The notes under the pieces are model-generated. The model ran no database searches. It was not told the DNA's origin and worked only from the letters and a program-made list of their open reading frames with translations. Position numbers and translations under genes: made by a program. A stretch of 64,000 bases of DNA from Bugula neritina. Its lineage: Eukaryota; Animalia; Bryozoa. The stretch lies in contig OZ037767.1 in NCBI GenBank assembly GCA_964035545.1, positions 25,684,628-25,748,627 on the forward strand, in the 5' to 3' direction. Of the stretch, positions 53,501-64,000 are shown in pieces (position 1 is the first letter of the stretch; every line of letters begins with the position of its first letter).

Positions 53501-54607
53501 TGAACCATTTACCCAAATCTGAGCTTCCACATTTGTGAAACCCGATTGTCATTATCTTTGCTGCGCAGAAGACTCTCGACTGTGAACTACATAAAAATTA
53601 AATATATTTATATTAACAGCATGGGTATGTCAGTAAATAAACATATGTATAGCCAATATGATTTATAGTTAAATGTAACCTTAGCTTTGAAATACTATTT
53701 ATAATAAAGTTTTCATAAAAATGGCTTTACTTAATTCATTTAATTTTGTAATCTTCACCAGCAACAATTTCAAAATAGAAGCCACTTTAGTCAAGCTTCT
53801 CAACCTGCTTGCCCACAATGTTGCATAATCAAACCTTTTTCATCAGCTAGGTATGGCTGCATGACCCTGTAGCCTGATATAGGACACTAATACAGTATGA
53901 TATGGAAGATAATCAAACTGAGTATTGGCTATCAATTATTGAGTATCAAGTAATGGATTTTGAGTAATGAGTATTAAGCATTGGGTATTGGGGAAATGGT
54001 AATGAGTATTGGCAATTGGTAATGGGTATTGAGAGCTTACTTTTTCCAGCATGGACTCTCAAATCCTGGAAGAAACTCTACTCTTTCACAATTGATTAAA
54101 GGCTGATAAGCGATAGCTTTTCCTTCTTTGTACTCGGCTTCAGCTCTAAATTATGTTATTATGCTTATTATTTACTACATATTTCAGGTATATAATTTAT
54201 GTTGCTCCTTCAATGCTAATGCATGCATATAGATATAATAAATATGCCAAAATGTAGAACTTTAGAATAGGTTATCGGGATCTGTGAATATTTTCTGTTT
54301 ACAAAAACACTTCATAAAGTCAACAAAAAATAATCAATAAGAAATAAAATGATAAGTTTAGCCTATTTCTATATTTTACACTTGAAGATCAACTAGAGAG
54401 CGACAAGACTACTTACAAATACTTTCTGTAAACGGGCGTTAAGTTAAGTGAATTTTTTAGAAATGAAGGATCTTCTATTATCGTAAAACTTTCTCCAGCC
54501 TCGAGTCTAGATGAGACTAACCAGCTGCTCCAGTAAGACACAGCTAGTAGGGTAATTGTCGCAACAACAACTCCGATAAAGCAATTTATTTCTCGTCTAT
54601 TAGACAT
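50580..54607 (-). CDS. Golgi type II membrane carbohydrate sulfotransferase, CHST15/GalNAc4S-6ST-like, 6 exons
   Basis: Exons 54607-54417 (TM anchor), 54145-54041 (EFLPGFESPCW), 53586-~53345 (IGFHKCGSSDL, 5'-PSB loop), 51747-51543 (MRNPTDRVLS, 3'-PB motif), 51222-50971 (CLLTYGKRACL), 50834-50580 (PETVQLLDQFFKPFNAELADMLEDEKWLF*). The exon 3 donor is uncertain. Confidence 0.85.
52990..53285. mobile_element. MITE, about 296 bp, copy B
   Basis: TIRs CCCCTCATTCACACTTGC...AAATATCAGCCAT, flanked by TTA and TAA. The internal sequence is near-identical to copy A at 32174-32479. Confidence 0.93.
53918..54035. repeat. Degenerate 7-bp repeat (GAGTATT/GGGTAAT) adjacent to a splice donor
   Basis: Visible 7-bp periodicity. 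A similar tract lies at 50440-50515. Confidence 0.75.
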
Positions 54608-55140
54608 GCTTCTCAGCCTTCAGCTTAGCATTTATTACAATCACGTAATGTTTAGAATTATATTATTATGTCTTTGGCAACAACTGTTAGTTATTTACGC
54701 ACGTGATTTATCAAATCATTGCAAAGTTGTAGAGTACTATATTAAGGAGAATGAATACATTATAACCACTTTGCATTATACTAACAGACATATATGGCAA
54801 CATGCAGTTGTCAACTGTATCTAGGGAAGCTTTATAACGATCCTTTGACTGCTACAGGTCAATAACTTGAAATATGCAATTCATTTACTTTGTCTTTATG
54901 TTGGCAACTCAATCTAGAATTGGTCGTTCTTTGTAAATAATTTTACTATAATTAAAGTATTGATAATAATTCTAATTTTATACAGCAGCCATATTATTAC
55001 TATAATATTTTATTGATAATTGATTGCAGTGAAGATTATACAGTGAATCCCTCCATATCTCACTAAGCTTCAGGTCCAGAAACCTTGATTAGTGACATAG
55101 TAGAATACCAGATTTACCTTTTGGATACATTTAATTTTGA

Positions 55141-55300
55141 GGTAGGTGCAGTAAGTGAGAAATAAAGAAAAGCCTGTGTTTTAGATTAAAAATTTAGCAA
55201 AAGAAGCTATACTATGCTCTTGCTAGAATTTCAACATGTGCCCCAAACCAAAATTTGATAGCAAAATTAAAAAACTTAGACTATCTCAATTTCTCCACTA
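55141..55300 (+). repeat. Old dispersed repeat family (copy)
   Basis: Aligns by eye with 17269-17425. Confidence 0.78.
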
Positions 55301-55873
55301 CCGCTCCTAAATGTTAATTTGGTCATTTTGTCTCTAGACGCACATGCATAAATCACAAAACAGGAAAAATAGAAGTCCTAGCCCTTCTCGTAAAATATGG
55401 AATTTTGTGAGATAAAGAGAGAGCACTGTAATTAATATTTCATAATTCTTCAGAAGCGATAGTCGAAGTCACAAAATTATAATTTTTTATCAGATTTATG
55501 AAATAGAAATTTATTTTTTTTGAAGACACTTTTTCTAATCAATTTTTTGTTACATAAAAGGCCTCCTGTTTATAATTTTTTTTTCAAGAAAATTAATTTC
55601 ATTCTATGTTGATTTTAAAAGGTTATAGATATGTACACTAACATGTTTAAGCTAAGCAATGATGCTATTGCAATATTATAGTTATAGCACATTAAATCAA
55701 AAAATCTTTTAAACATCCACATTTATTTGTAACCATCATTATAATTATGATGCGAAAATATAGAAAAGTAAAATTAAACATTTAGTCTAATAGAATTAAA
55801 CTCAGACAAGCTGAAATGGTACAGTATTTCTCCCTTTTATCAAAATGTCGTAACCTGCTTGTTCATGACCTCA

Positions 55874-58800
55874 TCAAGCTGGAGATGACAATGTAGCTCG
55901 TCTCTTTGAAGAATAAAACTGATGTATCCTAATGGTAGCATACAGAGCACACTTCCTCATGGGCAAGTTTCTAGATCTTGTGAAAGTCTCTTTTATTTCT
56001 GCCACTAAAATGTTACTGAATATGAAGCAGAATAGCTTATAAGCCTTACATTTTAGTATAGGTGAAGTATATTCAAGCATGTTCAGTTCTGTCGAAACTG
56101 AAAAATTTATTCTCAATACTTCACTATAATAGTTGTATGTATATTGTCCTTTGTACATGTTTTATAAAATAAAGTAAATTGAATAGAATAGAAATGTAAA
56201 TGATAAAGGTTCAATTATTTTAAAATCAAATATTGAAATTTTACTAAAATGTCAATCAATTTATAAAAGAAACTTTAAAATCGCTTTCTTTGGCTCGACT
56301 CTAATCACAAATCATGTTTTACCTGTTTTCATTTGTGTGATTATTTTCTTATTATTGCTGTTGTTATCATTTTTCCAAGGAAAAACAGGAGGGAGAATAA
56401 CTCCATGTGCTATTTCTTCCATTACTTCATTATCAGGAACATTGGTTACATCTAGTAGGGAATCATCTATTTCCTGGGAATATGTGACAGCAGCCATGTT
56501 GAATAAAATACATAGCAGGCCAAATATGGATATACAAATCCTTCATTAACAACTACTTCAAATTCATACAAATCCAACCAACCAAATTCTATTATCGGTT
56601 TTGAGTAATTATGGCTTACTCACACCATTATAAATTATAAAAGCTAAGTATATTAAACACCTTTTGAATGAAAAGTTTAAACTTATTGTAATTTTCAGGT
56701 TGAGTATTTAACAGAAATTATGTTATTTGAGTTATTAGCCAGTTACACAGAATGCATAGAAACTATTGCATTGCGCTTATGGTTGTAACCCCGTGAGAGT
56801 TCAACCTGTAACAACACAGCTCTTCTAAAAGCACAAGCTTTGTGAGAACGTAGCCTTTGTAAGAGTCTTGCTGTTAGCCTATAGGTATTTTCGCAAAGCG
56901 TGCACTTTTCTTAAAATTTTTTGCTAATATGTTATCATAAGATTTAAAAGCCATAGAAGCGGTTTTGATAAGGTAGGTGCAGTGATAGGGATATTGAGAA
57001 AAGCCTATGTTCTAGATTAGAAATGTAGCATAAAAAGTTATTTATATTTTTGTGGGAATTTTAACCGGTTTTAAACCAAAAATTAATTTTATGTCAACTT
57101 TGACACTCTAGCATTATACTTCCGTTTTGGGGTTCGCTGTAACAGTACTTGCCTGTAACTATGTTCACTTTTATAATTCAGACTGTTTTAATAATGCATG
57201 ACTTAGTACATATTATAAATATTTTAATGTAAATTTTCACATGTATGCAGTTGCAGTAGATACTCAAAAGGACGATGTGAATAAAAGACCAACTCCAAAA
57301 TAGCAGCAGTATATTATGGTTATCAATTAGCCACCTTTGGTTACCTTTCACCGCAGGGGTTCTGCTTATCAACTATTATATGCAATATGTAACTCTAAAC
57401 CTCTTATAGTGCGAATGCTTAAGCTTTAAACTTCAAAGTAGTCAATATTACAGTCTCAATGACATGAAAACACAATCGTATATTAAACCAGTGCAGAAAA
57501 TCTGGTGGGAGCACCATAATTATCATATATGAGATACTATATTAATTTAATGCAAACCCTAAACCCCATTCAGCCATGGAAACACAGCGAGATACTATAT
57601 TTACCATTATGTGAGGTTCAACAGATAAATCTTCCTCATCATAAATCAGGTGAGCTGAGGTCTGTTTGTCTGCAGTAACCACATCTGCTTGCGTGCTGCT
57701 ATCTACTGTAGCATGAGACTCAACAGGTTCCACGGAGAGGTTGGCAGCAATGCCCACCCTCTCTTCTGATAACTTATCATTTGTAGAAATTTGATTAGGT
57801 GTTTGTTGCTGTACACGGGATCCGAGAATTACATCTGAACCTATATAATGTATGATTTTACTGATTAAGTAAAATATACCTGTTCAAAAAGTTATACAGA
57901 CATATAAAAGCACTAGTGGTTATATATAAGCTTTTATGAATAAACTATTAGAAAAAAAACAAAGAAAACTTTCTGTTATATATTATAGTTGAAATATTTA
58001 TAGGCTATATACACTTCACAATGCTTAAGCATATGTCACTCCTATACAAATGTTTATACATATTATATTATACATTTTTAAATATTTGGGTGAAAATAAG
58101 AGAGAAAACGGTGAAACTTCTAAAAGTTTTGAAACTACAACAAACACTGTAATCTGAATTTAGAGAAAACACATTGCAAGATAAAGTATTCTCAAAATAA
58201 TGATCAGGAAATAAAATTTAGTGGAGGATATGTAATATTTTGTGCATGTGTGTGTGTGCGTGTTGTGAGTGCGTGGTTATTACACTAAAAGTGAAATTCA
58301 AACTGGCCCACTTTGTAATGATAAATTTATTTGTTTCACTATGCATGGTATATAATACAATATTCAAATACAATATCATAATATATAAATCATATATAAC
58401 ATAATACAGTATAATACAATGTAATATAATGTACTATCATATAATATTTATGTATTGCACTTGATTTACTCACTTTTCGTAAATATCAACTCTTCACTTT
58501 TTCTGTGACTTGACTCAAGCCTTTCAATATCTGCTTCTTTCCGTTCAACTGAATAGAAAGTTTACAGATTTTGCTGTTGAAGAATGCACTTGTTGTGCTA
58601 ATTAAAAAAATGTTCATTCCTAACTGTTCAGTCTATAAATTATAGACTTTTAATGCCAATAGAGTTGTCTCACTAATATTATAATTTCTATTAAATATCT
58701 ATAAAACCAAATGCTAAATTATTTTTGAGTATATGCAGATATGCTTCACAAAATTCTAAAACATGGTGGGTAAAATATTTTTAGCCTAAATACATTGTAA

Positions 58801-61565
58801 TGTATTTGCAATACTGCATGTATATAGATTAGTTGCTGCCATGGTCTAGGGGTTAGAGCGTTTGCCTAGTAGGCACGAAGTCATGGGTTCAGAACCCCCC
58901 CCCCTCCTCCACCAACAAAGGCCGTTGATGATGTGAGAAAGAGCATTTAGTCATAATTGCTCCTGTGCCTCATTTAAATAAGTCCTTAGCTCGATTTAAC
59001 AAAAACCCTCTCCATCAGGGGTTTCTCGCTATAAACTTGCGTTAGTTTTATATAAATTAGTTGCTAATCTCAAATTTAATTTCAACTAAATCTAAGCTTT
59101 TAATAAAGAAAGAATTAATTATTTTGTACAAGTTGAAAATCAAAATATATGAAAAACACCAACACTTGTATAGTATCTTAGGAATGTAACAGCTGTTGAT
59201 TATCAATTGAACTTACTTATAATATAATAAATAGATGTACATATAATATTCATAACAAAATTATGCGACACAGTAACATAAACTTTTAATGTTAGGACTA
59301 TAAATCACAAACTACTTCTATAGTACATTTCGTAAAATACAGCTTTTTTAACAAGTTACTGAGGTTAATTCAATTTCATTTTATAAAAGGAAATGCATGA
59401 TGAGAATCTAAGAGGGTGTGCAAAGTGATATACAGATTAATGATGTCATTATCTATAACTCAGTAATTTGTACTTCAAGTAAATGTATTTACCAATCTTT
59501 TTAGTCACAGTTTTTCGCCTACTTCGCCTGATGTCAATTTTCCCATGATTCCTCATGTTCCAATGCAGACGACCACAGCCATATTTCGGTCTCCACGACG
59601 GACTGACTTCTCGTGTACGACGCTTGCGCTTTTTAGAAGTCTTTGGTTTCCTTTTCAAAAGTTGTACTTGAGTTGCAGGCAAATTATTATTCTAGAAGAT
59701 GTAAATATGAATATTAATAAGGATAATATAAATATAATATAAATGTAAAGTGTATAACGTATATACTGTGACGAGAAACTGGTTTACTCTCTTCATTTAA
59801 TAATTGGAGCCATTGTTTGCTTCTAACCTTTTTAATTGTATGAAATAAAAATTCTATATTTTTGGAATGTTTTCAATTAGGGGTGACTCATTGCTTTCAA
59901 AAACAACCAAAAGGCTTTCTTCTAAATTTTTTTATTATTTGTTTATGAGCTTCAACAGCTCCGGAGGTCTATAAACTTCTAACAATCGCAAGTCTTTGGA
60001 CTGCAAACAAAAGTTCATTGCAGTGAACATCATTTCGTTTAGAAGAATTTTACGAATTTAAAACAAAAATGAAAATTTTCTTGTTTGAGTACATCTTCAT
60101 ACTGAGTGCTATTATAAATACAAATTCTATACCTAAGAAATTGCTTGGTTTATTTACTTTATCTAATATTTCTTAGACACCTTTCTCAGATTTACTGAAT
60201 TAGGTATATATTTATATCAAATACCTCTTTAGGAGTTGCATACTGAAACAAACATACACTTGAATTGTAACATATTGTCATTAATTAATGCAAGGCAATT
60301 TAGAAGCCATTAGCCATTAGAAGACTGAAACATAATTTTGTAAAAGTATGTTATTTAACTTGTTTTTTGATAATGCTATGCATGTCTATTTGAAGCTTGC
60401 TAATTTCTTGTCTAAAAATAACTTTTTTGTTCATAACTTATACTAATTTTTTAAGGATATTTTTCCATTTTCTAATTTCTATAAATTGCTATTTCGTACC
60501 TGAGAATTAACAACTTGTCTTAGTTTTCGCTTTGTCCTGGCCATTATATTATATTTTCGAAAAGGAATCGTAAAAATGCCATGCAAAGAAATTTTTAACT
60601 TTTAGCTCTGTTATTCCAAAAATGCAAAAGTATGCAACTATCATTCTGCAGTACATTTCTTAGCAATAAAACTTAATTTTTTACATACTTTTTCTTTTCC
60701 AACTTATTATAGCTTTTTATTGCCTTGCACTAAATAACAAATAAATGGCCCAATTTAAAAATACTTAGTATATATTTGTAGCATACACATAAAAGACTTT
60801 CAAGTGCAAAAATGTCCTATTTTAAATCTGCATAGAAAGTTATAAATACTAGCATTTCATTTTTAAAATTTTATTTACTGTTGCAGTATTACTTATTATT
60901 TGAAATGTTATACAGAAAAATAACATTCTCCCTATTTGGAAAGATATAGTACATATAGTTATGTGATTTCATCAAAGCTCAGTAAAATGCAATACATTTT
61001 ACCACCATTTGGTTCTCAAATACTCTACAGGCTATTCATTATAAATGTGCCAATCTATCCATATGTAACAAATTTTTTAAATATTGTTTTGATGTTAAAA
61101 AGACTAAAATGATTAAGTAAGCATAAACAACTGATGTTTGTTTGCTGCTTATTAAACATACTGTATATAATTTAAATAACTTCTCCTAACATCATGAAGT
61201 ATAAAAATGATATGTAATTTGAGGACAGAATTTCATATTCAAATATAACCTCTAAAAGTATTAAAAGTAAAAAAATATCATTTAATTTGCTTTATAGGAA
61301 CATAAAATATTAGCACTATATTAATGCAAGTTTACAAAATTGACAAAATTGACCTTTTGTCCCACGTTGCTTGCTTGTGTGTGCGTGTGCGTGTGCGTGT
61401 GCGTGTGCGTGTGCGTGTGCGTGTGCGTGTGTGTACTCTTATATGTTTGTATTTGAGTCATGTGTATAAGCATCAGCTATTTGTTTACTGCTGATCGTTT
61501 TCAAATGCATGTCTTACTTGCTGACTCAGGTCAGCTGAATAGGCGGTGCTAAAAAGCTGCCTCAT
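55874..61565 (-). CDS. Uncharacterised protein of about 279 aa, basic NLS-rich N-half, acidic and probably disordered middle
   Basis: Exons 61565-61518, 59691-59493, 58548-58474, 57840-57605, 56473-56323, 56004-55874. All have GT-AG sites with consistent phases and sum to 840 nt. KRKPKTSKKRKRRTR is an NLS-like tract. No domain recognised. Confidence 0.6.
56972..57085 (+). repeat. Old dispersed repeat family (partial copy)
   Basis: GGTAGGTGCAGTGATAGGGATATTGAGAAAAGCCTATGTTCTAGATTAGAAATGTAGCA. Confidence 0.78.
58835..58995 (+). mobile_element. tRNA-derived SINE-like element
   Basis: A-box-like TGGTCTAGGGG and B-box-like GGTTCAGAACC at tRNA spacing, followed by a body shared with 42680-42815. 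No intact acceptor stem, so not called a tRNA. Confidence 0.6.
61378..61434. repeat. (GTGTGC)n / GT microsatellite
   Basis: About 8 perfect hexamer units. Confidence 0.95.
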
Positions 61566-61834
61566 CACCCAATCAAAACAAAGAGAAGAAGCGCCAAGAC
61601 AACAACACCTGCAGGAGTTATGTAACACTTGTGGCCAGACATACCAGCAATCCGAAAACAAGATATAATGATCAAAGAGACTCTGTAGACAATATAACTG
61701 AAACTGTAATACTGTTAGTCACAAAAAATAAAATTATAGTGCTGCTTAATTATTTTATGCCAATCACAAAATAACAAGAATGAACTGAAGAGATCATATA
61801 AAGAAATTAACTGAATTGAGATAGTTGCTGTTTT

Positions 61835-61945
61835 AGAGAAATTGAGAAAAGCCTGTGTTCTAAATTAGAAATGTAGCATAAAAAGACTGATGAGAGTTTC
61901 AATTCCCAACCACAATTTATTAGAAAATAAAACAACTTAAGCTTG
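61835..61945 (+). repeat. Old dispersed repeat family (partial copy)
   Basis: GAAATTGAGAAAAGCCTGTGTTCTAAATTAGAAATGTAGCATAAAAAG. Confidence 0.72.
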
Positions 61946-62819
61946 TTTACCCAACTTCGTACTTGAACTTTTATTCAGGTCAAATCTTACAAGTTTTTGA
62001 ATAAAGAACTTTTCTAAGTTTTAGAGTATATGCATACACATTGGGAATGTTTGTCCAGAACTAGTTTTAGTAAATATATCTGTTCATAGTGTACAGAATA
62101 AGTAAAAGTCCAAATCAGTTCACACTGAGGTTCTGATCTATATTTGGTTAATAATTTCACCTAATTAATTATTTTTAACAAACAATTTTAGACAATCTCT
62201 CTTTCTGCATGCAGTATAAGAAAATATAAGACAATGTGTAAACCATGAATATGTTTTACAAAAGCAGTTTAGTTTATGCAAACAAGTATATAAGTGATAA
62301 TTATTCTCGTTATCTTTTTGCGTACATCATATTGGTAAACAGACATGCACTTAAAAAAGCCACTTTTGCTTAAAATATCTATCTCTGTAAGAACCTTTAA
62401 TTGTTAACGTTTTCAAAAAGCAGCAAAATCAGTACTTCATAAAATACTGCTATGTTAATGCATCAACACAACTTCTTTCACTTACTTACAAGCATATGAA
62501 CTGCAAATCACTGGCTATGATAAAATTAAAACAATTTTACATTATTCTTTGCTAATATTACCTAGAATAATCTGTTGGGAAGTATATTTTAGATTTGATT
62601 TGGAAAAACATATAAAAGGGATCTAAGCAATAGTTTGAAATAGGTAATAGTTATATAACTTAAAAGCATTATATTTTTCAATTTCTATAAACGATAATAC
62701 ATAGAAATATTTTATTTTTACATGAGCTTGTTTTGGACATGTATGTAGCTATAATAAACCCAAGTTAGGTTTGTTTCTTTGCTACATAATTGTCTTTCTA
62801 TTTCACTTTTTTGCATTTT

Positions 62820-63620
62820 CCTGAAAAACTTAAGTATTGAGAGTTGTCTTCTTCTTGTTCAACGCTGGCGTCTGTTGCGCACACTACATCGATGGGCTTG
62901 CAGTAATATAGTCTAAGTACCCGACTTTTCACTCGATCCTTTTTATACTGTGTATGTATTTAGTAGATCTTTGATTATTCTGAAAGTTAAAAGTCAAGAA
63001 CTGAGGTAAATTAAAACTTTCCTAGCGACTTTGAGTTGTTGATCAAAGTTTTACCGTTGCCTCATTTGCAGGCAGTGCCAATCTTATTCTTATTGTTATT
63101 GTTAATGTTATTGTGTTGCTGTGAGTATAATTTGAATGAGTAATTGTAAATAATAATAATTATTATAACTCAAATTGATTTAAAATTTGCTGTTGCTTTT
63201 GATTCCTGTATAACTTAAATAATTACCCAAAAGCTAGCTGCAGTCATTTGTAATTGTTATGCCTATCGCCCTATCGGCTATCACTATCGGTATCAGGTAA
63301 AAACGAATATCAATATGAATATCATATTCATTATGATTATCAATCTGAATCTCAATCTGAATCTGAATTTTAAAACTGAATCAAAATGTGGATAATCACT
63401 ATCATAATGATATTAAACTTGAAGTTGATATTAAATTTAATTCCTTAAGCTTCCTTAGGCTTAAGTTAAGGCTAGGCCTAAGCCTCTTTTTTAGGAATAC
63501 CTCAAAATGAAAATGAATATAAATGTTGAATAGTAATACTAATATTAATAATAGTAATACTAATACTAATAGTAACACTAGTAATCATTTTTAGATTTAG
63601 TAATAATCATCAATACATTT
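62820..63620. promoter_or_regulatory. Possible promoter region for the orphan gene, perhaps shared with a plus-strand gene extending beyond the window
   Basis: Locally CpG-richer segment, a TATAAAAAGG on the minus strand at about 62940, a donor-like CAG|gtaaaa at 63296, and hexamer-periodic tracts like those in the NCDN/PYROXD1 promoter region. Confidence 0.35.
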
Positions 63621-64000
63621 TAAAAATAAAATAATAAAATACAAAGTAACAAATTTACAAAATTATCAAATTCAATTATTAATTAATATTATATTTATAA
63701 TATAAATAATTGATACAGTAAATAAATATATAATTATAAATATTATCATTATGTATTGATACATTTACTATTATCAATATGACTAGGGGGAGGTCAGGTT
63801 GATAATGAATTATCAATTAATATTAATGATTTGCTCAAAGTCAAAGTCAATATTAGTTAATAATTGCAGTCAATTTGAGTTGTAACTAGTAGAAAAATTC
63901 TGTGACTTATGAAATGATTTTGAAGCATTAGTAAACTATAGTTGCAATTTATCTGAATCAGTAGACTACTTTGCTAGGAGTTGATTGTTAAAAACTAATA

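Noticed and set aside
58835-58910. Functional tRNA gene
   Set aside because: A/B boxes are present, but there is no convincing acceptor stem and it continues into a SINE-like body.
59760-60060. Additional coding exon of the orphan gene
   Set aside because: The frames checked are interrupted by stops, no ORF of 60 aa or more is in the track, and the model is phase-consistent without it.

Overview
AT-rich, intron-rich invertebrate (metazoan) nuclear DNA; the species cannot be determined from the sequence. Five spliced protein-coding genes were reconstructed by hand from GT-AG sites and intron phases. (1) Neurochondrin (NCDN) on the minus strand, running off the left edge. (2) PYROXD1, head-to-head with NCDN. 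(3) A ~33-exon ROS1/Sevenless-family receptor tyrosine kinase, 23308-49465. (4) A CHST15-like sulfotransferase, tail-to-tail with the kinase. (5) An orphan ~279-aa basic protein. Repeats include an internally deleted mariner, a two-copy MITE, a tRNA-derived SINE-like element, an old dispersed family and many intronic minisatellites. The most notable observations concern the kinase and NCDN. The kinase has a second signal-peptide exon hidden in its largest intron, predicting a short propeller-less receptor or a split gene. Its ectodomain is reduced relative to ROS1, and its long tail carries eight VxYxx[IVM]x[FY] ITIM/SHP2-type motifs, four of them amplified by a 54-bp tandem repeat. In NCDN, a 42-bp minisatellite multiplies a 5' splice site 19 times in frame.
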